From positions 90,582,001 through 90,646,000 of the forward strand of contig JBNRSN020000013.1 of the NCBI GenBank assembly GCA_051313645.2: a stretch of 64,000 nucleotides of DNA. The letters are read 5' to 3'. The position numbers were made by a program, and so were the translations under genes. The DNA comes from Centroscyllium fabricii. Its lineage: Eukaryota. Under the pieces are notes generated by a model. That model was not told the origin of the DNA. It did no database searches and saw nothing but the letters and a program-made list of their open reading frames with translations. The number at the start of each line of letters is the position of its first letter. Position 1 is the first letter of the stretch. Positions 1 to 11,812 of the stretch are shown here, in pieces.

Positions 1-18
1 TAGCAACACCTTTTAATG

Positions 19-206
19 TACTCATAATCCCTCATCTCTGGAACCATTCTAGTACATCATTGAGCTAGTTCCCAATTCAATGAGCTAGTTCCCAATACAA
101 TAAGGCAAATAAGAGTAGTATAACTGTACCCTTATTTGCCTTATTCTATTGGGAAGTAACTCAATGATTTACTTAAATGGTTCCAGGGATGAGGGATTAC
201 GAGTAC
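19..206. repeat. Fold-back palindrome at the 5' truncation point of a CR1 fragment
   Basis: Arms TACTCATAATCCCTCATCTCTGGAACCATT...AATAAGGCAAATAAGAGTA and TACCCTTATTTGCCTTATT...AATGGTTCCAGGGATGAGGGATTACGAGTA surround a loop at about 118-126. The left arm has a 20-bp tandem duplication. Confidence 0.85.
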
Positions 207-625
207 GTGGATAGACTGGAGAAGGTATGGTTGTTCTCCATAGAACAGAAAAGGCTAAGCGGAGATTTGATCGAGATGTTTAAAATCATGAATGGTTTAG
301 ATAGAGTAAATAAGGAGAAACTGTTTCCAATGGCTGAAGGGTCGATAACCAGAGAGCGCAGATTTAAGATGATTGGCAAAAGAACCCGAGACGACATGAG
401 GAAAAACATTTTTATACAACGAGTGGTTAGGATTTGGAATGCACTGCCTGGAAACGGATTCGATAGTAGCTTTCAAAAGGGATTTGGATAAATACTTGGA
501 GAAAAAAATCACAGGGATATGGGGAAAGAGTGGAGGAGTGGGACTAACTGGATTGCTCTTCAGAAAAGCCGGCATAGACTCGATATGCTGAATGACTTCC
601 TTCTGTGCTGTACTATTCTATGAAC
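166..625 (+). mobile_element. CR1 LINE 3' fragment
   Basis: MVPGMRD...RLEKVWLFSIEQKRLSGDLIEMFKIMNGLDRV is the CR1 ORF2 C-terminus, followed by a typical 3' UTR ending ttctatga. Confidence 0.9.
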
Positions 626-1019
626 TGAAACTGCGATCTGACTTGTGTAATACTTTAGAAATTGTAAACCTCTCCTTTTTTTCCTCCTTGTAAGTAAAGA
701 CAGAAGCTGCAGTCCTTGTCTATGAACCAGAAATGAGACGCGGGAGTCAAACATTTACACCGTGTTGTTTTGCTGTAGAAGATCGCACATTACAGTCGTT
801 GAGCTCGACATTCTAGATCTCTTCCTTCTGTTTCATCTTCCAACTTTGCGTTAAAATCTCGCCCCTTGTATATTTTTCTAGCTATATTACTTCACTTGCA
901 TTCCATGACCTTTATACACTCCACCAGTCTTTTATCAAGAAGTTCGAGGCTGTTTAAACATCTCTCAACTGAGGTCCCAAAGGCTAATCGGAAGGGCTTA
1001 TGTTTAGGTTAAGCAAAGC

Positions 1020-1190
1020 ATTGAATGTACATTGTCACTGGGTCAAAATCCTGTAACTCCCCACCTAACAGCATTGTAGGAGCATCATCATCATCAAGAA
1101 GGCGGCCCACCACCACCTTCTCATGGGCAACTAGGGACGAGCAATAAATGCTGGCCAACGTTCATATCCAGAGAATAAATTTAAAAAGAA
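1020..1190 (+). mobile_element. Retroposon 3' tail of the same family as the SINE at 63230
   Basis: AAGAAGGCGGCCCACCACCACCTTCTC...CAATAAATGCTGGCC plus an A-rich tail; matches 63600-63730. Confidence 0.7.
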
Positions 1191-1699
1191 AAATGGCTAT
1201 TCTACAGATAAGTTAGCCTCTAAGCATGTGTGAATTTGTGAGAAAATTTTGGAATGAAATGTAATTGTTTTACCTCGATCAGGTTGTTTGTGTCCTCTGT
1301 GAAGACTGCCACTGTCAGCAATGTTCTGCAGGCTTTTAGACTTGGGCTTGATATAAAGTGGATTTCTCACCTGCTCTCGATCCCTTAACACTCATCAACT
1401 TTTTTTTGCCTCTTTTGTCCAAATTACATGGTGCACTTCAGATTGTAGAAGTCTTCCATTTTTTGGTGTCTGTCTTGGTACCTGTAGCCAGATCAAAAAA
1501 AAAATCCCAAAACAATAACATTTCCACAAACTCTAATTGTACATTAATACTGGTATGAATGTAGTTTAAGGATGTAATGAATTGCAGGACTCCGTTTGAA
1601 TCATAGAAAGTTACAGCATGCAAGTAAACTATTTGGCCCATCCCCCCAAACCAGCCGACCTGTCTATACGCATTCTTCTACTTGCTCCCTGAGAGCCCC

Positions 1700-3120
1700 C
1701 ATGGCGCGACAAAACCGATTGCCCGGGGCAAGTAAAATGCGCCGCCGGGCAAGTAAAATGCGCCGCCGGGCAAGTAAATGAAAATCTTACTTGCCCGACC
1801 GGGCAAGTCCGATCACATCAATGATTGAGGCCGTGGGAACGGGTGGGTGGATCCTGCCCTGGAGGCGGGCGCACCTCGGCCAATTGGTTTTGAACTCTGC
1901 CCCGCCCGAGCTCGGCCAATCACAGCCCGGCAGTTTCCTCGCGCTGTGCCCTGCCCGTGCTCGGCCAATCATAGCTCGCTCCGGCTGGCCGCCCGCTGCT
2001 CGGCGCCGCAACACCTCTGCTCACATCACTGCGTCTGTGGCAGAGGGGAACCTTTCAGCTTACGGAGTCAGGCCTGTGTCACGTGGCCGCAGTGCGAGCG
2101 CAGTGGCAGCCTTTCCAGTGTGTGTCCCGGGGGGGTGGTGCCTGTCTGTGGTCTGACAGAGCTCTGATGCATATCCCATTAGGGGTGCAGGTCGCCAGTC
2201 TGCCGACTCCAGGGACGCTGTCACCCAGAGACCGACTCCAGGGACGCTGTCGCCCGGGGACCGACTCCAGGGACGCTGTCGCCCGGGGACCGACTCCAGG
2301 GGCGCTGTCGCCCGGGGAGCGACTCCAGGGGCGCTGTCGCCCGGGGAGCGACTCCAGGGGCGCTGTCGCCCGGGGAGCGACCGCCAGGGGCGCTGTCGCC
2401 CGGGGAGCGACCGCCAGGGGCGCTGTCGCCCGGGGAGCGACCGCCAGGGGCGCTGTCGCCCGGGGAGCGACCGCCAGGGGCGCTGTCGCCCGGGGAGCGA
2501 CCGCCAGGGGCGCTGTCGCCCGGGGAGCGACCGCCAGGGGCGCTGTCGCCCGGGGACCGACCGCCAGGGGCAGTCCAGGGCACGACAAAACCGCTTGCCC
2601 GCTCGATGATCGAGGGCACGGGTCGGTGGATCCCGCCCTGGAGGCGGGTGCGGATTGGCTGGCGGGGCCGGATGGCGCGGCGGTAATTGGAGGAGGCGGT
2701 GTGTCAATCAGGGGACAGGGCAACAGTCGGGTTTGGTGGAGCGGGCTGGTGACACGCGGCAAGAGTGGGTCGGTGCCGTCGACCCGCTGAGGGGGAGAGA
2801 AAAAACTGGAGCGGCTGCTGGACGAAGGTAGGCGGGGAGAGAGAGCCCGTGGCCTGCGGAGGCTTTACAGAAAGTTTGGTAAATGAGGGGAGAATGTTCA
2901 GAGTAGAGTGAGTGAGAGAGAGAGGGATAGAAACCGGGCCAATGCAACTAAAGGCACAATCACAATCTATGGCTTTATATTGAAGCATTTTAATAAAAAT
3001 GTAAAATCTTCATTTTTTTCTTTAAAAATTTTGGGCAGTGAAATTTGTGTTCAGGCAAGTGTTTTAGAAATCCGCTTGCCTGACTGGGCAAGTGAAAAAA
3101 AATTTTTTTGTAGCACCCTG
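1700..3120 (+). mobile_element. Non-autonomous hAT DNA transposon, complete copy
   Basis: TIRs CA(T/G)GGCGCGACAAAA and TTTTGTAGCACCCTG; imperfect 8-bp TSD agagcccc/agactccc; subterminal TTGCCCG/CGGGCAA repeats. Confidence 0.82.
2203..2575. repeat. GC-rich minisatellite (29-30-bp unit) inside the hAT element
   Basis: About 12 units, grading from CCGACTCCAGGGACGCTGTCGCCCGGGGA to CCGCCAGGGGCGCTGTCGCCCGGGGAGCGA. Confidence 0.95.
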
Positions 3121-4932
3121 AGACTCCCTGTAGCCTTTAATTTTTTAAAGCAATTATCTAATTCTCTTTTAATGTAATGTTTTAAAATTCTAACCTTGCC
3201 TTTAATTCTTTTTATGACATCTTTAAATTTATGCTGTCTGGTCAATGACTGGCTGACCAGTTCCAATGGCCAATCAGTATTTACCATATCATAACCGTTC
3301 ATAATCTTGAAGACCTCTCACTGGTTGCTGCTTCGTCTTCTCCACTGAAGTATCAATGATAACCCCATATCCCATCGAACATCCTAGTGAATCTATGCTG
3401 CACTTTTCAACTGCTTTTTATACCTTTCCTCTAATGGGGTTGTCCAAAATTGCACGAGTTGCAATTTGCTCCTGAGAGTTCAAAGTTTTTTGCAATTTTA
3501 AATGTCAAAAAATGGAATTATCCAATCATTTCAAAGTGACTTTCAGTGAAGAGGAGAAGACCATATGCCAATTGCCTAACTAAGTTTAAAAACAATTTGA
3601 AAGGGCCATGTAAAAGGAGCACGAGAGCTGAGAGCTGAGCATTTAAAAAGAGCTGGAGAGCCCCTTTATTAAAGGTGGGAAAGGGCTTCTGTGAAAGTAG
3701 GAAAGAGCCCAATTCTAAAGATTGGGACGGGTAAAAGAGTGCCCCCATGAAGGAAGGGGATATTTTTGTATTTTTAACACATGATTACAGGAAAGGGAAG
3801 GTGAACAGAAAATGTTCTTGCTTCACAGAAGTGGGTCATGACCCTTTTTTAAGTTACTTGATCCATGTGAATTAATGTGACGCCATGCAAACTTCTCAAA
3901 ATCAATCAAATATAATAATGCATTTTTAGCACAAATAGCCCAGAAGTTTGCAAGAATAGTTGGACCACTGCAGCACTTCAAAATTCCACAAATTCCATCA
4001 GTCTGCTGCAATGACAGTATTGATCTCTTGTCAAAGATGAAAACTGAACATAAACAGTGGTCGACATTACAACAAAAAAACTCTCAACAGCCCCACAAAA
4101 ATAAAGGCAACTGGTTCTAGTGCAAGACTGGCAAATATTTTATTCTACTTGACAAGAAGAGACGGTACCTTTTCAGAATCTGATCAGTTTGGTAAGTGTC
4201 ACTCAATGTTTCTTCTTAATTGTCCTGTACAGTAGTTTGAAAGAAGTGCTCTTAATATCTTCCTTAATTATACCACATAATATCGGGTTCTAAAGTCATA
4301 AAAGTTAAGGTGGTCATGTGTCCACGGTCATCGACAACTCTTCAACAACATATTTTGTGCCTCTGCGTCTGCAGCATTATTTCAACATTTCTAATGCTTT
4401 GTTTTTTAAAGTATTTAAAGAAACAATATTTTCCTCATCTCTACAGGTGTGTTATCATCGTGCTGGATCCCTGATGTGCATTCAACCCTGTGCCTAAAGA
4501 TTTAAATCAGTCTCTGAAGAGGCACAACCCAGACACTTGGGGTGTGTTTGAAGGGAGATTTCCTCTTTTTTTGTAATGTGTAGCACAATAATCTGTTTGC
4601 TACAAATAGGAAACAGGAAATCTTCTTCACTCCCAAGTTCTAGCTGCTGATGTTGACTAATGAGAAGACCGTTCATCTGTTGCGGAAACCTTCAATGAAC
4701 CTTCTCTGGGATGCACTGCACAAGCCGATAGCATCTGCAGTAACCAACCACATGGTACACATACCAGCCCTTCACTATATTGCTGTTCACCTTTGTGTGG
4801 ACTGTGCTACCTGTAATGTATAGAAAGTGGCTTGACTTGTACCATTTGCAGTCTTAATGTATGTCCATTTGGATAAATGCACTAATATAATGTACACCAT
4901 AGACATGGAAAATAAACTCTTTCTGCATGTGG

Positions 4933-6028
4933 CAGGGTGCTACAAAAAACATCTTTTTCCCTCGCCCAGTCGGGCAAGTCGATTTCTAAAACACTTGCCT
5001 GAACACAAATTTCACTTGCCCGAAATTTTTAAAGAAATAAAGATTTTACATTTTTATTAAAATGCTTCAATATAAAGCCATAGATTGTGATTGTGCCTTT
5101 AGTTGCATTTGCCCGGTTTCTGCCCCTCTCTGCCAGGGTCTTTCTCTCTCTCTCTACTCTGAACATTCTTCCCTCAGTTACCAAACTTTCTCTGAAGCCT
5201 CCGCAGGCCGCGGGCTCCCTCACACTCTCTCCCCGCCTACCTTCGTCCAGCAGCCGCTCCGGTTTTTTCTCTTCCTTCTCCCCCCCTCCCCTCAGCGGGT
5301 CGACGGCACCGACCCACTCTTGCCGCACGCCACCAGCCTGCTCCACCTAACCCGACTGCTGCCCCGTCCCCTGATTGACACGCCGCCTCCTCCAATCCCC
5401 ACCGCGCCACCTGGTCCCGCCGGCCAATCCGCACCCGCCTCCAGGGCGGGATCCACCCACCCATGCCTGCGGCCTTGATCATCGAGCGGGCAAGCGGTTT
5501 GGTCGCACCCTGGATTTGGTCTCTGGGTGTCAGTGTCCCTGGATTTGGTCTCTGGGTGTCAGTGTCCCTGGATTCGGTCTCTGGGTGTCGGTGTCCCTGG
5601 ATTCGGTCTCTGGGTGTCGGTGTCCCAGCATTCGGTCTCTGGGTGTCAGTGTCCCTGGATTCGGTCTCTGGGTGTCGGTGTCCCTGGATTCGGTCTCTGG
5701 GTGTCGGTGTCCCAGCATTCGGTCTCTGGGTGTCGGTGTCCCAGCATTCGGTCTCTGGGTGTCGGTGTCCCAGCATTCGGTCTCTGGGTGTCGGTGTCCC
5801 TGGATTCGGCAGTCTGGCGATCTGTACCCCTAATGGGCGGTGCATCAGAGCTCTGTCAGACCACTGACAAGCACCACCCCTAGGGAGACACTGAAAAAGC
5901 TGTCACGCCGCTCGCACTGTGGCCACGTGACATGGGCTGCCCCGCCAATCAACCGCCAAGGGGGTGGAGCCTGGGTGTGGCTCCGTAAGTTCAAAGGTTC
6001 CCCTCTGCCGCGGACGCAGTGAAGTGAG
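4933..6028 (-). mobile_element. Second, inverted and truncated copy of the same hAT element
   Basis: Starts CAGGGTGCTACAAAAAA and is colinear with the reverse complement of about 2020-3120; the other end is missing. Confidence 0.85.
5507..5808. repeat. 29-bp minisatellite inside the second hAT copy
   Basis: About 10 units of GATTCGGTCTCTGGGTGTCGGTGTCCCTG, with a CCCAGCATTCG variant. Confidence 0.95.
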
Positions 6029-6421
6029 TTGGGAAACCCTCTTTGGAGCTATCAGAGGTGTTGTCCTGAGGCTACTGGCTTCACGTTTAAATTAGTCTAC
6101 ACAAAAAAGGAATGTGGAGGGATTTCTTTTGGGGAATAGAACTCTCCATTTCAGGGTCCAAGCTTCAGCATCAGGTCAGGTAAAGCACAGACACAGACAG
6201 CTGCAGGTGTATCTGAACATGAGACTGTTAGCAAAATGTAATCTGATGTTTAAAAATGCCATCCCAACTGACAACTGGATGTTGCCGCCTTATCAATTCA
6301 ATTCAAATTGCTTTATTGGCATGACAAGATACATCTTATGTTGCCAAAGCACAGAAAAAGAACATATACAATCGACCACACAGACGCAGATCTAGACATA
6401 GTGTATAGACAAATGTACCCA

Positions 6422-6473
<52 letters not shown>
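6422..6473. repeat. Compound microsatellite (TG)n(TA)n(CA)n
   Basis: Directly visible in the sequence. Confidence 0.95.
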
Positions 6474-6475
<2 letters not shown>

Positions 6476-6539
6476 ATGCACATATAATCTTTTCTTAGAT
6501 TCAATGGTCACTGGTTGTCCCTCTGCTTATGGCAAGCTG

Positions 6540-9110
6540 TATTCAATTCAATTCAATTTTATTGTCATAGCAGTGTACAAGTACAATACAACGAAACATA
6601 GACTCGACGCTCCCAAGAGTAGTGCAAATAAGTTACATGGGTTGCATACAATAAAGTACATTTCAGGTGTGCAGATACTGGAGCTTTTTGCTAGAGTTCA
6701 GGAGACTGACAGCCCTGGGGAAGAAGCTGTTCTTGAATCTGGTCGTGCGGGTGCGAATTGATCTGTAGCGTCTCCCGGAGGGCAGGGGGGCGAACAGACT
6801 ATGGCTGGGGTGTGTGGGGTCTTTAATAATGTTCTGAGACCTCCGTAGGCAGCATTTCAGGTAGGTGCATTCAATTGATGGTAGCTGGGTGCCGGTGATT
6901 CATTGGGCAGTTTTGACTACCCGCTGCAGGGCTTTCTGGTCCGAGATGGTGCAGTTTCCATACTAGACTGTGATGCAGCTTGTCAGTATGCTTTCAATTG
7001 TGCAGCGGTAGAAGTTGGTGAGGATGCCGGATGTCAGTTTGGCTTTTTTCAGCTTCCTTAGGAAGAACAGGCGCTGTTGGGCCTTCGTTATCAGAGAGGA
7101 GGTGTTTAGTGACCAGGAGAGGTCTTCCGAGATGTGGACCCCGAGGAACTTGAAACTGGACACCCTTTCCACCTCAGCCCCTTGGATGAGGATGGGGGGG
7201 GTGTCTTCCGCCTTAAGTCTTCCGGAAGTTCACTATGATCTCCTTGGTTTTCTTGGTGTTTAGTGCCAGGTTGTTGTCGGCACACCATCCCACAAGGCGC
7301 TGAATCTCATCCCTGTAGGCTGACTCATCGTTGTTGGTGATCTGGCCAACCACTGTGGTGTCGTCCGCAAACTTGATGATCGTGTTGGAGCCATGGACAG
7401 CCGCACAGTCGTGAGTGAAGAGGGAGTAGAGGAGGGGACTCAGCACACAGCCTTGTGGGGGCCCCCGTGTTCAGGGTAAGTGGGGGGGGGAGGTGAGGTT
7501 GCCTAACTTCACAGACTGTGGTCTGTTGGTTCGGAAGTCCAGGGTCCAGTTGCAGAGGGAGGTGTTCAGGCCAAGGGTGAGGAGTTTGGTAGACAACTTG
7601 CTGGGGACGATAGTGTTGAATGCTGAGCTGTAGTCTATAAACAGTATTCTGATATAGGTATCTTTGCTATCCAGGTGGTTTAGTGCAGAGTGAAGAGCCG
7701 TAGTGATGGCATCTTCCGTTGATCTGTTTCCTCGATAGGCGAACTGGTATTGGTCCAGGGCGGCAGGGACGCTGGCTTTGATGTGGGCCAGCACCAGCCG
7801 CTCGAAACACTTCATGATTATGGGTGTAAGTGCGACAGGGCGGTAGTCGTTCAGGCACGTCACGGCCGTTTCCTTGAGCACAGGGATGATGGTGGCGGTC
7901 TTGAAGCAGGTAGGGACAGCTGCCTTCGCCAGTGACAGGTTGAAGATGTCGGTGAAGACGTCAGCCAATTGGTCAGCACAGTCTTTTAGTGCCCGGCCAG
8001 GGATGCCGTCAGGACCCGCGGCCTTCCGTGTGTTCACTCCACGTAGAGCACCTCTTACGTCGGAGGAGGACAGTATTAGTAACTGGTCTTCCGGAGATGG
8101 CAAGACTTTGGTGGCTGGCTCCCTGTTGTCCCTGTCGAAGTGAGTGTAGAAGTTGTTAAGTTCCTCCGGTAGGGAGGCTTCGCTGGTCGGGGAGCTGGAG
8201 TTCTTGCACTTGTACAGGTTGAGCACCGTTATACCGGCACGGGCGGGACTAGGCCCAGGCCGGTTTTGTGAAAAAACTGGAAGAATGAAGTTGGCCAGTG
8301 CGTGCGCGCACCATTCAAAATGGCCGCGCGCATGCGCATAACATTGCAATCACAAAATCGCCTACCTCTCGTTGCCACAGGATTGACAGGCTGCTCCACC
8401 AATCACAAGGCTCCTCTCTTTCCTCCTCCCCCCCCCAGCCACGGGATTGACAGGCCATTCCACCAATCACAAACCCCCTGCCACCCCGCCCCCCCAATCA
8501 AAGCAAGCTAGGCGGGACCTGTCCCCGTTTCAAGCGCGGTTGAGGGCGCGCGGTAAACACCGATGTGGGGTATCTGCTCCTCATCCGACAGGTCGGAGAA
8601 GGCCTCCTCCTTCTCCTCATATCCCAGCGACTCCAATGCACTGGAGCTCTCAGCCTCCCAAGTCCGAGTCGCTGCTGCCTTCCATGGGGTCGGCGTCTCC
8701 TGAAGCCATTGGGACGGTGAGTGTGAATGTGCCAGGATCAAAGGCTGGAGTGGGCTCTGCTGTGCTCCCTCTCCTGTCTGACTGTTCGCCCCGACTGCCC
8801 TGCGCATGCGCAAAATGGGCGCCGCAATCGAGGCTTCGGCGAATGATCTGCGTATGTGCCGCCGAATGATGAGCGCATGCGCAGATCATTCACTGAAACC
8901 GCGATCGCAGCGGCCATTTTGCGCAGGGCAGTCAGGGCGATTTGTGCCAGACGATTAACCCGATTGCCCGATTAACGGTGCTCAACCTGTAGTCTGTGAT
9001 GGACTGGATGCCTTGCCACATACGCCGAGGGTCCGAATTTTGTCGTGGAAGTGTTCCCCTATCTTCAGTGTCTGATTGCGTTTGGCAGACCTGATTCCCC
9101 TCTTTAGGTT
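6540..9110 (-). mobile_element. Rex1/Babar LINE, 5'-truncated, frameshifted, interrupted by a MITE
   Basis: RT motifs [85 protein letters not shown]; (TTGAA)n tail at 6540. The peptide RMWQGIQSITDY|KCKNSS is continuous across 8215-8989. Confidence 0.92.
8215..8989. mobile_element. pogo/Tigger-like MITE, copy 1, with internal cargo
   Basis: TA|CAGGTTGAGCACCGTTA...TAACGGTGCTCAACCTG|TA; the TA duplication splits the Rex1 reading frame. Confidence 0.92.
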
Positions 9111-9255
9111 AATAATGTAGTTTGCTGCTAATTTTACACAGTTCCTCTGTTACCCCAATAGATATGGGAGTTTTTGGTGGTCATTCAAATTTTTGAATTC
9201 AGGGCATGTTTTTATGAATTTTGGGTAGAAATTCCCCCTTATGTCCTATCACACT

Positions 9256-9396
9256 NNNNNNNNNNNNNNNNNNNNNNNNNNNNNNNNNNNNNNNNNNNNN
9301 NNNNNNNNNNNNNNNNNNNNNNNNNNNNNNNNNNNNNNNNNNNNNNNNNNNNNNNNNNNNNNNNNNNNNNNNNNNNNNNNNNNNNNNNNNNNNNNN
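9256..9396. other. Assembly gap (141 N)
   Basis: Run of N. Confidence 1.
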
Positions 9397-10517
9397 CTAT
9401 CCCTCTCTCACACTATCTCTCTCTCTCACCCTATCTCGTTCACCCTATCCATCCCTCACCCTCCATATAACACCCTCACACACATCCATATAACACAGTT
9501 AACTAGATTTGCTTCAGCTACAGAATCACATGATTCACACAACTATTGAGGTTTCTATTGCCTGCCCTGAATTTAATGCCACAGCTGACACTTCTATATG
9601 CAGCATATAGGGCTTCATTAAACAGTGGGCCATAGAGTTTATTAGTCTGGTCCAGGCAAACTCCAGTCGATATACATACTACTCTAAATTTGAAATAGCT
9701 TCATTTGAATTACCTGATAATTCATTTTTTTGAGAATGGAGCACGTTACTGTGTTAATTACCTTGTTTTTGAATTATTGGATAATTAATGCAAAAACTAT
9801 TTTTGAATTATCTGGAGGAGATTGTGATTTGATACAGGTACAACATCACAAACCAACTGATTTTTTTGGGTTACAAAAATACAGACCCCACCACTTCTAG
9901 TTGGTGTTACTGCGATTAACCTGCTATAAGTGTTGGACGTTAAATCATCTTTTAGAGAGAACAGCAGCAGGAAATGTCCTAGGCTGGGATTTAAACGACC
10001 ATCATTATGGACGTGGCCAACTTTGCGGTCATGTTTCAGATTAATAAGGTGATTGTTGGCCATCCACGGATGATTGAGAGCACGCTCTCGCTCGTGCAGC
10101 AAGCACCACACCACGCCCATTATAGTCTGCTGCCACATTTAAGCTGTGCCCAAATATTGCAATGAGGAGAATATGTTTCACAGGTGTGTTTCACTACAGG
10201 AGGTTCTTCCCTTCACAGAAGGTAAGATTCTCTCCAAAGTGAGCACATGCTCACTTTGTTTGACGACATCCCTTCAGAACCAATCATTATGTTCATCTCT
10301 AACACCGGGGGAAACATCCCCTCCTACATCTACTGGCTGATGTGAACTCTACAACCCTGACAACCACCAAATCTAACTTAATAAAACCCGCTGAGACCCG
10401 AAACCCCCCCCAAAACAGACAGAGACAGAATGATCCATGGAGCGCTTTAAATTCAAATATGACAGTGAGGTGCGAAGAGCTTATTGACTTCCTCAAAATA
10501 GTTGCCACACAATGTGT

Positions 10518-10896
10518 CATAGAAACATAGAAACTAGGAGCAGGAGTAGGCCATTCGGCCCTTCGAGCCTGCTCCGCCATTCAATGAGATCATGGCTGAT
10601 CATCCAAACCCAGTACCCCGCCCCTGCCCTCTCCCCAAATCACTATCGAGCCTGCATCGACACCCTATCCCCGTAACCCCACATATTCAATCCTCCTAAC
10701 ACTAAGGGTCAATTTATCCTGGCCAATCAACCTAACCCGCACATCTTTGGACTGTGGGAGGAAACCGGAGCACCCGGAGGAAACCCATGCAGACACGGGG
10801 AGAATGTGCAAACTCCACACAGATAGTACCTGAGGCCGGATTTGAACCCGGGTCTCCAGTGCTGTGAGGCAACAGTGCTAAGCACTGTGCCACCGT
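10518..10896 (-). mobile_element. HE1-type V-SINE
   Basis: tRNA-like head, V-domain core (TGTGTGGAGTTTGCACATTCTCCCCGTGTCTGC...GGTTTCCTCCGGGTGCTCCGGTTTCCTCCCACA), CR1/HER1-type tail with (TTTCTATG)n. Confidence 0.9.
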
Positions 10897-11812
10897 ATAG
10901 GATGTGCTATTGTAATTGACTTCAGTGGAAATAACAAATGGTTAGCGTCTTTGCCTGATAGTTGGCTGCCTGTGATAAGCGTGGACGGTGCAAGTGGTGG
11001 GGACTGGACTTATTTAAATTCAGTACCAGAAGCATTATAAAAAGAGAGCACCAAAGTTACTTAACAAATATTCACCACTCAGTGAACCATGGATCTCCTG
11101 ATGTATCTGGTCAGTCTAGCTAACACAGATCTGATGCATTTCATGTTTGCCAAGGCGTTTTATTTTAAGGGAACTAACATTATACTGTGTGTTTAAAACC
11201 ACAGTGTAGGTTCACGTTAAAAATGTGCATATTATATATGTGAAGTTCTCCACTATGTAAAATTTATCATAATTGTACTGTGCTTTTTCTTCCCCTATTG
11301 TAATCAATGTAATTGTAAAAGTAGGTTATAAAACTGCTATGTGAGAATCTGAAGCAAGATCAGCCAACTATCTGCTCCATGGGTTGGAACAGGAAGTAGT
11401 CCTTATCTGTTATCCTTTGATTTCGTCATTGGACACGACTTGCTGCCAACGAAATAAAGTAGTTGCCCATGCGCCGTTCCGGTTGTGATGAACATTACTT
11501 TTCCTTATTTGGGAACTGACATTTATGCACAGAACACTTCTGCGCAGCTTCTGTTTTTCAGAGCAGTCACTCTGTTTTTAAAATGTGAATTATCATTGTG
11601 GATAACTACTTCTGACAGCAGGCATGCAAACCAAAAGATTCTATTGCTTTAACAATGCAGTTAATGACCTAACAGTAAATTTGGTCAGACTTAAATGTTA
11701 TGGATATATAAGGCTACAACAGAATATAGGATCTATGTTTGTATGTGTAATTCCCCATGTGTGAGTTCCTAATCTTGAATGAATTTTCTTTTTGTAAACC
11801 CAAAGGTCAAAG

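Noticed and set aside
2203-2575. CRISPR-like array of about 30-bp repeats (also 5507-5808)
   Set aside because: Units are head-to-tail with no unique spacers, there are no cas genes, and the context is vertebrate; these are minisatellites.
2060-2790. ORFs of 200+ aa with repetitive peptides (also 5237-5883)
   Set aside because: They arise from stop-poor GC-rich tandem repeats that are open in several frames on both strands.
7471-8349. 292-aa RT ORF with a novel N-terminus
   Set aside because: It is a chance read-through from the inserted MITE into the interrupted Rex1 ORF, which is frameshifted downstream.
9397-11805. GTF2E1 non-coding first exon or promoter
   Set aside because: No convincing CpG island or donor site; it may lie in the assembly gap or outside the window.
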